Shown: positions 45,485 through 54,546 of the stretch, piece after piece
How positions within the stretch are numbered: the stretch's first letter is position 1
Layout of the letters: each line of letters starts with the position of its first letter
Virus record (IMG/VR): IMGVR_UViG_3300017613_001587
Reading direction: 5' to 3' (one strand)
Source of the DNA: a virus
Taxonomy: Duplodnaviria; Heunggongvirae; Uroviricota; Caudoviricetes
Length of the DNA stretch: 64,000 nucleotides
The notes under the pieces: model-generated
The model's database searches: none
What the model was told of the DNA's origin: nothing
The model's input: only the letters and a program-made list of their open reading frames with translations
Position numbers and translations under genes: made by a program

Positions 45485-45501
45485 CAAAGGAGGGACCACA
45501 G

Positions 45502-45960
45502 GTGTATTGCAAATTACAAAGTGCTGATCACTCATTCAGAGTAATGCCTGACGGCGGTGAAAAGGTACATGCTGCCAGAAAAAGTCATAACAGTTTCATA
45601 ACTGCCTGTGGACATTATGGCGATATGTATTGGATAAAGCTTCGCAGGACGGCCGAAATAACCTGCAAAACTTGCCAACGGGCGCTCGCCTTCGAGACCA
45701 AACCACAAGACGATAAACGGTATGTTATATACGATACGACTACCAAGCTGTATTTTCTTCGCCGAGACGGCGCCGGTTTGTGGATTGAGGAAGCTTTCGG
45801 CGCCAGTCGTTGGCGCAACTACGATACTGCTGAGGCTACCAGAGGAGAAATCCTAAGTCATAGAGCATGGGGCTCTAAACTGACAGTACCCGACTATATC
45901 GATAAGTACGGAGGTAACCTGGTAGTTAAAAAGGCCAAAATCATCATCGAAATATTATAA
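45502..45960 (+). CDS. hypothetical protein (GTG start downstream of the tRNAs)
   Basis: AGGAGGGACCACAG-GTG. The N-terminal part of the track ORF at 45361 is the tRNA sequence, not protein. Confidence 0.45.
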   Translation: MYCKLQSADHSFRVMPDGGEKVHAARKSHNSFITACGHYGDMYWIKLRRTAEITCKTCQRALAFETKPQDDKRYVIYDTTTKLYFLRRDGAGLWIEEAFGASRWRNYDTAEATRGEILSHRAWGSKLTVPDYIDKYGGNLVVKKAKIIIEIL

Positions 45961-45972
45961 GGAGGTATTATC

Positions 45973-46113
45973 ATGTTAAAATGGAGAAAAGCGTGGTGGT
46001 GGAGAGACGAAGAAGACGGTAAACTCTATCTACACCCCATACTGGCGATTGGCACCCTGGCGTTAACAATGCCGATCATATGGTTTATTCTGGACGCTGC
46101 ACTTGGCAAATAA
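45973..46113 (+). CDS. small membrane protein (46 aa)
   Basis: TAAGGAGGTATTATC-ATG. Confidence 0.35.
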   Translation: MLKWRKAWWWRDEEDGKLYLHPILAIGTLALTMPIIWFILDAALGK

Positions 46114-46131
46114 CATTATGAGGGAGGTGTC

Positions 46132-46296
46132 ATGAGTAAACTAATTTACGCCATTATCATAACGTTATTGATCGGCCTCATTCCTATCATACCCTATGAA
46201 GAAGAGATTCAACATGGGGTGACCATCATCGAACACAAGTCAATAGCCGAGTGGACATACACAAGGTATACGGATGTCCAATCACAAAGCAAGTAA
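46132..46296 (+). CDS. small membrane protein (54 aa)
   Basis: GAGGGAGGTGTC-ATG. Confidence 0.35.
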   Translation: MSKLIYAIIITLLIGLIPIIPYEEEIQHGVTIIEHKSIAEWTYTRYTDVQSQSK

Positions 46297-46301
46297 TACA
46301 C

Positions 46302-46387
46302 GGAGAGGCTGGGTAAGAGTGAACCCAAGGGACTGTAAATCCCCCGTCTAGCGGCTGTGGAGGTGCAAATTCCTCCCTTCTCCACCA
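46302..46387 (+). tRNA. tRNA-Tyr(GTA)-like element with a long variable arm but an atypical 8-nt T-loop (TGCAAATT)
   Basis: Folded by hand: acceptor GGAGAGG/CTTCTCC (one G-U pair), D-stem GGGT/ACCC, anticodon loop CTGTAAA as in bacterial tRNA-Tyr, a 14-nt variable arm starting CGTC, then ACCA at the 3' end. Confidence 0.4.
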
Positions 46388-46404
46388 GCTAAGGAGCCAC
46401 CACC

Positions 46405-46896
46405 ATGGGTAAAAAGAAAGAAGAAAACAAGCTGTGGTTGATAGTATGGTATGACGGTGATTCAGATGATGAGCCGAAATACATCCCTCATCGTATATCC
46501 TGTGCATATCTGGACACATCACACTCAGACTGGAAGTACGTTAGCTTTCCGAACCGTGCGGGTATAATGGGTAAATGGAAACGTTGTGAATGGATGGGAG
46601 AATGCCTGCCGCTGGATTATCTATTCGAAGGCGTTGATAGGCATTGGAAAGGCCTGGAAGGTATGAAGGTAGAGGAACTAATTGACATAACTCCCTATCT
46701 AATTGCCGATGACATTGATTCTCTCGAGAGGGGTATCACTCGTGAACAGGAAGAGTTGGCCAAGATTAAGCTTTTTCAGGCTGAACTGAAGCTCTGTAAA
46801 TACCCAGACTGCGTTAACCACCATCTGTCCGCAGATACCTACTGCACTAATGGTTGTGGCTGGGACCACGAAGATTACCTAAGACTTCATAAGTAA
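46405..46896 (+). CDS. hypothetical protein
   Basis: TAAGGAGCCACCACC-ATG. Confidence 0.45.
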   Translation: MGKKKEENKLWLIVWYDGDSDDEPKYIPHRISCAYLDTSHSDWKYVSFPNRAGIMGKWKRCEWMGECLPLDYLFEGVDRHWKGLEGMKVEELIDITPYLIADDIDSLERGITREQEELAKIKLFQAELKLCKYPDCVNHHLSADTYCTNGCGWDHEDYLRLHK

Positions 46897-46908
46897 GGAG
46901 GTACCACC

Positions 46909-47235
46909 ATGTTTGGACGTAAGAAGAGACCCAAGAAGGCCAAGGTCAAGAGGAACAAGAAGGTACGTTGCTGGTTGATCACGGTCGGCGGCTATGATGA
47001 ATTCCATGCTCCGCCATACACGGCACAAACGGTAGCCCTTGAACTACCGAAGAAGCAGACACCGGTGGACTGGTTTACCAGCCACCCAAAGGCCTTCTGT
47101 CGCTTTGAATTTGAGGCCACAATTCTGTACGGCTTCTGGGAAATCACCGCGGAGCAGTATGCGAATTACTACCGGAAGAACGAACAACAGAAGTCGAACA
47201 ATATAGACGCTGAAAAAGGAGGCAAGCAGTCATGA
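46909..47235 (+). CDS. hypothetical basic protein
   Basis: TAAGGAGGTACCACC-ATG. Confidence 0.45.
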   Translation: MFGRKKRPKKAKVKRNKKVRCWLITVGGYDEFHAPPYTAQTVALELPKKQTPVDWFTSHPKAFCRFEFEATILYGFWEITAEQYANYYRKNEQQKSNNIDAEKGGKQS

Positions 47236-47663
47236 CCAATTACAGACCTAAACTCACCATCAGTGAAACCGCTAACCCGAAGTTGGGTGCATGGTTTTTC
47301 TTTGGAATCCCTGTTTTGGTTCTCATCCTAAGCCTGAGATTCCCGTTCTTTCAACATGTATTTACCTTTGGCACGTTTCTCCTGACCGTCCTAATGGCAA
47401 TGGGCTGCAGTGCGGCGTACGATGACAAGAAAAAGAACGTCGAACGAGTACGGCCGAAGCCCGAGAACCGGTTCAATCCGCCGAAGTGGTTCAAACCTAC
47501 GTTCTTTATTGCCATGATCGCTCTGTCAGCTGGACTACGGCTGGGCTGGTATCTGGTACCACTGTGCTGGATTGTCATTTGGATTTGTATCGAATCAATA
47601 GCCTCACACGTCCGCGCTGGCTACCCCAAGGAGGATAAGGATGAAGAAGATAATAATTCGTAG
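47232..47663 (+). CDS. membrane protein
   Basis: ATGA overlap; four transmembrane helices. Confidence 0.45.
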   Translation: MTNYRPKLTISETANPKLGAWFFFGIPVLVLILSLRFPFFQHVFTFGTFLLTVLMAMGCSAAYDDKKKNVERVRPKPENRFNPPKWFKPTFFIAMIALSAGLRLGWYLVPLCWIVIWICIESIASHVRAGYPKEDKDEEDNNS

Positions 47664-47811
47664 TTCCCCGTCCATTGTCTGCCCGGCCAACAAAAGGGTT
47701 CGCCTATTGAGTCAGTGCGAAAGTTGTGATGCCTTCAAGGGCTACCATAATGAATTGGCCAAAGACGGTAAGATACCCCGCGCTGTTAAATGCGAGGTGG
47801 ATGAATACTAA
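47641..47811 (+). CDS. small zinc-ribbon-like protein (56 aa)
   Basis: CAAGGAGGATAAGG-ATG inside the end of the previous gene. Confidence 0.4.
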   Translation: MKKIIIRSSPSIVCPANKRVRLLSQCESCDAFKGYHNELAKDGKIPRAVKCEVDEY

Positions 47812-47885
47812 CCTATATACCAGGGAAAGCGTCGCCCAAAACGTACGGCTTCCACTGCGGATATAAGCCCGAGACAGAAGCTGCC

Positions 47886-48176
47886 TTGGCCTACATGAGG
47901 CCTTGGAGTAGGTGCAATCCCTACCCCTGGTACCAATCTAAAGGTGATATCGTGTTTAAAATAACTCTAACAGAAGGGATACACGCTCATAAATGTGTGG
48001 AGTGCGGTCGTCTAATACGATATGACCATTACAATGTTACTTCCTGTCAATACTGTAAAGCAACTCAGCGATTTCGTACCGAGTCTGGAAAGACTTCCTG
48101 CCCGTTATATTTCATTATGGATGTCGCCCCGATCTGGCGCATCATGTATCAGAAGGAGAACGTCAACGTTAAATAG
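47886..48176 (+). CDS. zinc-ribbon protein; the start may be the internal GTG near 47949
   Basis: CVECG..CQYC. Confidence 0.4.
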   Translation: MAYMRPWSRCNPYPWYQSKGDIVFKITLTEGIHAHKCVECGRLIRYDHYNVTSCQYCKATQRFRTESGKTSCPLYFIMDVAPIWRIMYQKENVNVK

Positions 48177-48184
48177 GAGGGCCT

Positions 48185-48373
48185 GTGACTGTCAAACTTA
48201 AAAGAATACTATTCGTTAAGTGGGCTCACTTCAAACTATCTCTATGCTTTAAGGCCCAAGAACGTCGTCAGAGGCATAGGATGCTAACCCAAGCCCGTCA
48301 TTACAATTTCCTGGTAGCAAAACGAGGACACGGAGTGTACCGCTCTGTGGTTCTAAACGGCCGTAGATATTAA
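48185..48373 (+). CDS. small basic protein (GTG start)
   Basis: TAGGAGGGCCT-GTG. Confidence 0.3.
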   Translation: MTVKLKRILFVKWAHFKLSLCFKAQERRQRHRMLTQARHYNFLVAKRGHGVYRSVVLNGRRY

Positions 48374-48387
48374 GGAGGTAAACCACT

Positions 48388-48570
48388 ATGTCGAAAGGAA
48401 TTCAAGCAAAAACTAAACTTCTTAGACAAGTAGAGGAAAGCATTGAAATATGCGAGAACTACCGTGGTACAAAGCCGGACTACTACATAGACCATTGGCA
48501 AGACAAACATATTCTACTACTTGCTCTAAAGAAGACACTAACAGGAGGTAAACCACCATGCAATACCTGA
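48388..48570 (+). CDS. hypothetical protein
   Basis: TAAGGAGGTAAACCACT-ATG. Confidence 0.4.
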   Translation: MSKGIQAKTKLLRQVEESIEICENYRGTKPDYYIDHWQDKHILLLALKKTLTGGKPPCNT

Positions 48571-49322
48571 AAGACTATTTTAAAGACTGGAACTTGTGGG
48601 ATTGGAGCTGGGTTGTCATAGCTTCATTTGTTGGAACCTGGTTAGGACTCAAGTGGGGTGATCCCACTAACCCATGGTACACAGCACTCAGCATTGGTAC
48701 TATGCTGACCGGCCTCTGGTGTGTCATTCTCGTGGCCAAAGGACGTATCTTCAACTATTACCTGGGTGTACTCAACGTGCTTGGATACGCCTACATCGCC
48801 TATGGATATCAGCTCTACGGCGAAGTGCAGCTTAACCTACTGTACTATCTCCCGATGCAGTTCGTAGGGCTATATATCTGGATGAAGAACAAAGACGTTA
48901 GCATACCTGATAAGATCAGAGTAAAGTTCTTGAATAATGGCAACCGATTCTTCGTGGCAGTTGCTTCTGCAACAGCTGTTGTAGGCTACGGTAACTGGTT
49001 GGGGTATCTAGGTGATCCTTTACCTTTTCTGGATGCTACCTCTACTATGCTCTCCATCATCGCCATGATCCTGATGGCCTGGAGATACATGGAGCAGTGG
49101 ATACTGTGGATAGTAGTAGATATAGTATCAGTATGGATGTGGTGGCTTACCATAGATGCTCATGGTAATAGAGATATTACTATGTTAGTCATGTGGATCG
49201 CTTTCCTCATCAATGCTGTCTACGGTTTCATCATGTGGGTCAAGATGTATCAAGAGCAGTGTGCTTTGGATGCTCTGGATGGTGCTCTACAACCTGATTG
49301 GACAAACCGCCATGGCAACTAA
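48558..49322 (+). CDS. pnuC: PnuC-family nicotinamide riboside transporter
   Basis: A 7-8 transmembrane-helix protein with Trp/Tyr-rich motifs (W..W..NPW...; WILWIVVDIVSVWMWW) characteristic of PnuC. Confidence 0.65.
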   Translation: MQYLKDYFKDWNLWDWSWVVIASFVGTWLGLKWGDPTNPWYTALSIGTMLTGLWCVILVAKGRIFNYYLGVLNVLGYAYIAYGYQLYGEVQLNLLYYLPMQFVGLYIWMKNKDVSIPDKIRVKFLNNGNRFFVAVASATAVVGYGNWLGYLGDPLPFLDATSTMLSIIAMILMAWRYMEQWILWIVVDIVSVWMWWLTIDAHGNRDITMLVMWIAFLINAVYGFIMWVKMYQEQCALDALDGALQPDWTNRHGN

Positions 49323-49470
49323 GGATACATTAAAACTAATGGTGCTCCCCAAGGCGGGAGTACCATTTGGTGAGTGGGAGTTCGTCTGGGTCACTAAGGA
49401 CGAGCTCAAAACCTATCAACAACGTGGATACAAACGCGCCAGAAAGGTGAAAGAGAGAGATTATGCTTAA
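49312..49470 (+). CDS. small hypothetical protein
   Basis: Internal ATG overlapping the end of pnuC; weak ribosome-binding site. Confidence 0.25.
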   Translation: MATKDTLKLMVLPKAGVPFGEWEFVWVTKDELKTYQQRGYKRARKVKERDYA

Positions 49471-49843
49471 CTTAGGGCAGGTAGTCTACGATCTAACCAA
49501 TAAAAGGGTTCTGATCTTTGGTGGCATATCAATGCTCCAGAATCAAGAATCAGGTAAATGTCATACCGAAATCAACTTCTTGACGGAAGATCTTGAGCAG
49601 TTGAACTACGGTAAAGACAACCCGACTCCTTTTAAGTATAGGAACTTCGCTGTCGTCGACGGTAAGATCCCATGTGGTGATTTTATGACGGCAGCCGAAC
49701 TCACAGGGCATTTCTTTGGTAATGTAAACTTTGATCTGGCCCTTCAGATAACCGAGAACGTCGAGGCCGTCAAGAGGACCTTCGAGATGGCCAAAGCATT
49801 AACCCCGCCAGAACCGATAGAGGAGGTAGATAGTAATGGCTGA
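49463..49843 (+). CDS. hypothetical protein
   Basis: ORF track. Confidence 0.45.
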   Translation: MLNLGQVVYDLTNKRVLIFGGISMLQNQESGKCHTEINFLTEDLEQLNYGKDNPTPFKYRNFAVVDGKIPCGDFMTAAELTGHFFGNVNFDLALQITENVEAVKRTFEMAKALTPPEPIEEVDSNG

Positions 49844-50018
49844 AAGAGCATGTGGTACATGTAAGGCTGATGAAACATGGTGCTGGATGTTTGTATATAA
49901 CGAGGATGAAAAGAAGTGTCCGTGTGCACATTGTGATAAGAACGACGACTGTGAAGACGTCTTTGGCGACGACGATGCTGAAGGGTGTGCGAAATTCGCA
50001 GCCGCATGGGAGGATTAA
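49836..50018 (+). CDS. small Cys-rich acidic protein
   Basis: ATGG overlap with the upstream stop. Confidence 0.4.
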   Translation: MAERACGTCKADETWCWMFVYNEDEKKCPCAHCDKNDDCEDVFGDDDAEGCAKFAAAWED

Positions 50019-50019
50019 T

Positions 50020-50328
50020 ATGCACCCAGGACTGATAAGGTTAATAGCCTTAGGGACAGTATTCGGCGGTTGGGCAGCCACTGTTGTAGGTGGTTATCTG
50101 CGCGGCCTCAAGCAAACAGAGGGAGGATCTAAAGTGATCACAAGAACGATGTATCATGAGACTAAGGAAGGGGTACATGTACTTGAGTTCCCCGAACTTG
50201 AAACCATTAACCTGGCCGATCCTGAAATTCAAGCACACGCTATCAAGTGGGGGCTGGCTGTTGGTATACCCGGCGGTGAGATTCTCTTCAAAAAGGATGC
50301 TCGCTTCGTCGCAACGGGAGGTAAGTGA
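50020..50328 (+). CDS. membrane-anchored hypothetical protein
   Basis: GGGAGGATTAAT-ATG. Confidence 0.4.
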   Translation: MHPGLIRLIALGTVFGGWAATVVGGYLRGLKQTEGGSKVITRTMYHETKEGVHVLEFPELETINLADPEIQAHAIKWGLAVGIPGGEILFKKDARFVATGGK

Positions 50329-50567
50329 TGAACAAACTGATATCTGGAAAGCTTTTAGTCATCGCCTTAGCAGGCGTCCGGCGCATCGCTGAGAAAGAAG
50401 GCCATGATTTCATGGAACTGGTCGCTAGATCCACCAATAACAAGATGACCCTCGAGGCTATCGAGGAGGCCATCGATGCCTTTGAGGAAACCGGCGGCGA
50501 GGACAACCCCGAAAAGTTCCTTGAATACTTGGAGAAAAACTCCAGTAAGGGAGGAGGATTATCATGA
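50325..50567 (+). CDS. hypothetical protein
   Basis: ATGA overlap with the upstream stop. Confidence 0.4.
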   Translation: MMNKLISGKLLVIALAGVRRIAEKEGHDFMELVARSTNNKMTLEAIEEAIDAFEETGGEDNPEKFLEYLEKNSSKGGGLS

Positions 50568-50755
50568 CGCTCGTTATTATCGCTCTTATGTGTGTTAGTG
50601 TTTTCTGTTTTTACGCAGGCCGTAAATCCGGCGAAACCTCGGGATATTGGAAAGGCCGCGGTACAGGCTGGAAAGACTGTGAGGACATGGTCATTAAACG
50701 CATGGTCGAACACGGCTATGACAAAGAGAAGGTCTGGGAGGATTTAATTCAATGA
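50564..50755 (+). CDS. small membrane protein
   Basis: ATGA overlap with the upstream stop. Confidence 0.4.
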   Translation: MTLVIIALMCVSVFCFYAGRKSGETSGYWKGRGTGWKDCEDMVIKRMVEHGYDKEKVWEDLIQ

Positions 50756-50973
50756 AGAAGACCGGATTCAACGATTATGATAAACAGCGGGAGATCCTCA
50801 AGCGAGTTGAGCTGGAAGAGTATAGATTACGCTGCATTGCAGTTAACATCTGCCCCTGGTGTGGTGAGGATCTTAAGGATATAGAGGCTCTCAGTTCACA
50901 TTTTTGTACGCTGTCCTGCCCCACCAAAAACTGCGAAGGTGCTGAGAGGATAAGAAAGTCTAACCGAGGTTAG
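50752..50973 (+). CDS. zinc-ribbon protein
   Basis: CPWCG..C..C. Confidence 0.4.
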   Translation: MKKTGFNDYDKQREILKRVELEEYRLRCIAVNICPWCGEDLKDIEALSSHFCTLSCPTKNCEGAERIRKSNRG

Positions 50974-50983
50974 GAGGTAAACC

Positions 50984-52060
50984 ATGTACAATATTGGAGT
51001 TGTACCCGGCAAGTTTTTTCCACCACATAGAGGACACCTCAATCAGATCATTCGTGCGGCCACACAATGTAAAAAAGTATATGTAGTGGTATCTGATAAT
51101 GAGGACTTGGCATTGGACAAGTGCCGTAAGGACAACCTACCATTCATTCCTATCAAAACCCGAGCACTCTGGCTATCACTGGAGCTTCAGGGCATAGACC
51201 ACATCGAAGTATTGATGCTGGACGAGACCGGTATTCCTGCCTATCCTGATGGTAGTGTACAATGGTGTCAGATGCTCAGAACACTAATCGCCAACACAAT
51301 ACCTGGCGCCAGTAAGATAGATGTCATATTTGGCGGAGAAACTGAATACCAGGATACATATATGAAGCATATGCCTGGTACCGAGTATGATGTTTATGAC
51401 TACAAGCGTAGCCGTTATCCTGTCAGTGGTACTGAAGTACGTCTGGACTATCTTAAACACTGGGACTATATTCTTGGATCTGCCAGGGGATTCTTTGCCC
51501 GGCGGATACTCGTCACTGGTACTGAAAGCTGTGCCAAAAGCACGCTGGTTAAGTATTTAGCCAAGATCTTCCATACGTCCTGGTCAGAAGAGTACGGTAG
51601 GTACTATTCAGCAGATTATCTGGGAGGAAACGAGGATCTGTTTCAATTAGATGATTTCACACGTGTTGCCCGCATACAAGAGGCTCAGGATGAAGAGGCT
51701 CTGAAGAGTGCTAACCGGATCTGTTTCTTTGATTCCGATGCGGTGGTCACTCAATACTACTGCCATCTCTATACTGGCAGCCAGAACCCTCTGATTGAGA
51801 CGCACGTCAATCCTCAGAAGTACGATCTGGTCCTTATGATGGGCCCAACAGTTGGCTGGGTAGCGGATGGACTTCGCTTCAAGGGTGAGCAGGCGGATAG
51901 GGAGAGGCTGCATAAGAAACTGTTGTATATGTATCTTGACCGCGGCTTCAAGGATAAAATCATCGAGATCAACGATGACAACTATTCTGCTCGTTTAGCC
52001 AGAGCTACTGATTATGCTGATAAACTGGTGGCTGATCGTAAGTACATGAGCCGCTACTGA
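50984..52060 (+). CDS. nadR: NadR-like bifunctional NMN adenylyltransferase / ribosylnicotinamide kinase (no HTH domain)
   Basis: N-terminal GKFFPPHRGH (the nucleotidyltransferase HxGH motif) and C-terminal VTGTESCAKSTL P-loop, as in NadR. Confidence 0.7.
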   Translation: MYNIGVVPGKFFPPHRGHLNQIIRAATQCKKVYVVVSDNEDLALDKCRKDNLPFIPIKTRALWLSLELQGIDHIEVLMLDETGIPAYPDGSVQWCQMLRTLIANTIPGASKIDVIFGGETEYQDTYMKHMPGTEYDVYDYKRSRYPVSGTEVRLDYLKHWDYILGSARGFFARRILVTGTESCAKSTLVKYLAKIFHTSWSEEYGRYYSADYLGGNEDLFQLDDFTRVARIQEAQDEEALKSANRICFFDSDAVVTQYYCHLYTGSQNPLIETHVNPQKYDLVLMMGPTVGWVADGLRFKGEQADRERLHKKLLYMYLDRGFKDKIIEINDDNYSARLARATDYADKLVADRKYMSRY

Positions 52061-52069
52061 GGAGGAACA

Positions 52070-52273
52070 ATGGCAAATAATGAACCGCTATTAGAATCCA
52101 TAACGCACGGTCTTATGAACAATAAGGCCCCATTCGTATACACTGAGGCTGCTGCTCAACCAACTGATCCGCAGAGAAAGAAGATCGGTGTGGCGGCCTT
52201 TCAACTGACTGGTATATGTGTCTATCTGTATGAAGACGGTACCTGGGAGTGGCAAGACACAACTGGAGGATAG
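52070..52273 (+). CDS. hypothetical protein
   Basis: TGAGGAGGAACA-ATG. Confidence 0.4.
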   Translation: MANNEPLLESITHGLMNNKAPFVYTEAAAQPTDPQRKKIGVAAFQLTGICVYLYEDGTWEWQDTTGG

Positions 52274-52274
52274 T

Positions 52275-52535
52275 ATGAAGAAGTTAATTGCTGTATTGTT
52301 AATCCTATTGGTGCTGGCTGCAACACCAGCAGCTGCAAAAGTCTATCTTGTGGTAGCAACACTGGCTAACACCGGTGTCTCATCGTTTACCTTTGATTAT
52401 CATGAGGTAGAGGATATGGATCAGTGCCTGCGTATAGTAGATCGTGCTAAGATCAGTGTAGCGCAGGGCGGAGATGCCGAAGCGTCCATTGCAATTTACT
52501 GTGCGCCGGATAAAAGGGAGAAAGATCTTGACTGA
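52275..52535 (+). CDS. secreted protein with a signal peptide
   Basis: MKKLIAVLLILLVLAATPAAA. Confidence 0.4.
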   Translation: MKKLIAVLLILLVLAATPAAAKVYLVVATLANTGVSSFTFDYHEVEDMDQCLRIVDRAKISVAQGGDAEASIAIYCAPDKREKDLD

Positions 52536-52962
52536 ATATAAACTTGATGAGACGCCGTACCTGACGATAGATGCCATCATTGAGTACAATCGCAAGCTCA
52601 TCATTATCGAGCGTATGCATGACCCTCTGGGCTTAGCCTGGGTAGGTGGCTTCGTCGACCCAGGTGAAACCTGCAAACAGGCAGTGATCAGAGAGTGCGG
52701 TGAGGAAGTCAACCTTAAGGTAGATGTGATTGACCTTATAGGTATCTATGATGATCCTGAACGTGACCCACGAGGTCACCTGGTATCTATTGCTTATCTG
52801 TGCAAGGCTGTGGCGGGCACTCCGCGGCCTCAGGATGCAGAGGTTAAGAAGATTCATCAGGTCTCATTGGATGAAGCCTTGAAACTACATATGATAGCTG
52901 ACCATAGCCAGATGTTACTGGATGCTCTGGAACTGGCCGTGTTCGACAGGAGGCGGATATGA
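52528..52962 (+). CDS. Nudix hydrolase (ADP-ribose pyrophosphatase-like)
   Basis: Nudix box GGFVDPGETCKQAVIRECGEEVNL (GX5EX7REUXEEXGU). The start is uncertain: TTG at 52528 after AAGGGAG, or ATG at 52474. Confidence 0.7.
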   Translation: MTEYKLDETPYLTIDAIIEYNRKLIIIERMHDPLGLAWVGGFVDPGETCKQAVIRECGEEVNLKVDVIDLIGIYDDPERDPRGHLVSIAYLCKAVAGTPRPQDAEVKKIHQVSLDEALKLHMIADHSQMLLDALELAVFDRRRI

Positions 52963-53303
52963 CGGACGAAGAGAAAGAACTGGTTATTGAGAAGCTGCTG
53001 GAGTCCACTGAGATCAGAAAGATCTACGATACTTACATCATCAAAAGTATCCCGTTTGAGACCTGGGTCCGCGACACAACTGATCGTCTCTTAGCCCCAG
53101 CGCCAAACGTCGTGATAGATGCGGATGAAGTATTAGCCAAGGTAATGGGGGATAATAATGATGAAGGTTTTGCTATGATATACGGCACTTGTAAATACTG
53201 TGGTGAAACCGTAGACGACGATAACCTGGCCGAATTGGCCACCGAAGACATGGGTTTGATGTGCGAGCCCTGTTTCAATGAGAAGGAGGTGGGATCATCG
53301 TGA
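52959..53303 (+). CDS. hypothetical acidic protein
   Basis: ATGA overlap with the upstream stop. Confidence 0.45.
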   Translation: MTDEEKELVIEKLLESTEIRKIYDTYIIKSIPFETWVRDTTDRLLAPAPNVVIDADEVLAKVMGDNNDEGFAMIYGTCKYCGETVDDDNLAELATEDMGLMCEPCFNEKEVGSS

Positions 53304-53554
53304 GAGCACCAAACGCTAAACCAGAGCGGAATCGTATGATGCTCAGGCTGGCCATGAGAGGTTACAACTGTAAACAAATATCAAGTGTTTATGGATGTTC
53401 CAGTGGTAATGTGTTTGTTATAGTACGCCGTGAAGGAAATAAAATACTCCAGCCGCTTCGAGATGCCGAGATGAGTGGTATCAAACACAATCTAACTGTA
53501 AGTGAGCTTCGTAAGTTCAGAAACTATATCTTAGGGGAGTTACTCGATGATTAA
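53300..53554 (+). CDS. HTH DNA-binding protein (LuxR / sigma-region-4-like)
   Basis: ERNRMMLRLAMRGYNCKQISSVYGCSSGNVFVIVRR. Confidence 0.4.
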   Translation: MRAPNAKPERNRMMLRLAMRGYNCKQISSVYGCSSGNVFVIVRREGNKILQPLRDAEMSGIKHNLTVSELRKFRNYILGELLDD

Positions 53555-53987
53555 ACTTGGACTCGACCTACACGGCGTGATTGATGCTGCACCTAAGTTC
53601 TTTTCCACTATGGCAGGTCAGATGATAGACCGGGGACATGAGATCTATATTATTACTGGCCGTGAGGACTGTGAGGAGCTGAGGAGAGAGCTTAACGCAT
53701 GCAACATGGACTATAATGGTATACTATCTATTACTACCTATCAAAAGGGTCAGGGCGTTCCTATATCGTACCTTGATGGGCGGCTATCTCAGCCGATGAT
53801 GGACCCACAAATATGGAACCCGACAAAGGCTATGCTGTGCGCCACGGCGGGTATCGACATTATGATCGATGATTCCTCATTATATGAACCCTTCTTCAGG
53901 GACATTAAGACACAGTACATCGTTTATTCCGCTACCGTTATGGAGTGGCTAAACTTTATGTTTTATTGTGGAGGAACACAATTATGA
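53547..53987 (+). CDS. HAD-like hydrolase with an atypical motif I (DLHGV in place of DxDGx)
   Basis: LGLDLHGVID..IITG..MIDDS. Confidence 0.35.
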   Translation: MIKLGLDLHGVIDAAPKFFSTMAGQMIDRGHEIYIITGREDCEELRRELNACNMDYNGILSITTYQKGQGVPISYLDGRLSQPMMDPQIWNPTKAMLCATAGIDIMIDDSSLYEPFFRDIKTQYIVYSATVMEWLNFMFYCGGTQL

Positions 53988-54532
53988 AAAAGGTACTGAT
54001 TGTTGTTGACATGTTAAACGACTTCTGTCATCCGAATGGCGTTCTTGCCAAGTCCATCATAACCGATGAGCTCTATGCCCAGCCTATCCTGAAAAACGTG
54101 GTAGGGCTAGTGGAGATGTTCAGAGGCCAAGGCCTGCCCATCATATGGCTGGCTGATGCTCATGCCGAGGATGACAAAGAATTCGATCGTTTCCCAAAAC
54201 ATGCTGTTAAAGGCACCTGGGGAGCTGAAATCATCGGCGAACTCGGCCCTAAATACGTTGAGAGATCTTCGTCCGAGCTTGTCATCCCTAAAACACGCTA
54301 CAGCGGCTTCTTTGGCACCGACTTGGAATACCAACTGAGTCGACTTGCTCCAGCTGCCGTGGAAGTATGTGGTGTGTGTACCAGCATCTGCGTGATGGAC
54401 ACCGTAGGTGGGCTGGCCAACCGGGATTATGACATTCACGTTGATAAGTCCTGTGTTGCGGATTTTGACCCCGCAGGACATGAGGCTGCTCTGGCACGTA
54501 TGACCAATTTATACGGCGCTACGGTCGTCTAA
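53984..54532 (+). CDS. pncA: isochorismatase-family hydrolase, probably nicotinamidase PncA
   Basis: VLIVVDMLNDF..K.RYSGF..T.L...L..VEVCGVCTSICV is the cysteine-hydrolase fold. It sits immediately upstream of pncB. Confidence 0.6.
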   Translation: MKKVLIVVDMLNDFCHPNGVLAKSIITDELYAQPILKNVVGLVEMFRGQGLPIIWLADAHAEDDKEFDRFPKHAVKGTWGAEIIGELGPKYVERSSSELVIPKTRYSGFFGTDLEYQLSRLAPAAVEVCGVCTSICVMDTVGGLANRDYDIHVDKSCVADFDPAGHEAALARMTNLYGATVV

Positions 54533-54546
54533 GGAGGCTACAGACC

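Noticed and set aside
45361-45501. N-terminal extension of the ORF at 45361 (MPQVRILPGVP...)
   Set aside because: It is a translation of the two tRNA genes. The real start is the GTG at 45502 with an AGGAGG ribosome-binding site.
52058-52072. TGA between nadR and the next in-frame gene as a third recoding site
   Set aside because: The TGA is immediately followed by a GGAGGAACA-ATG ribosome-binding site plus start, so this is an ordinary gene junction.
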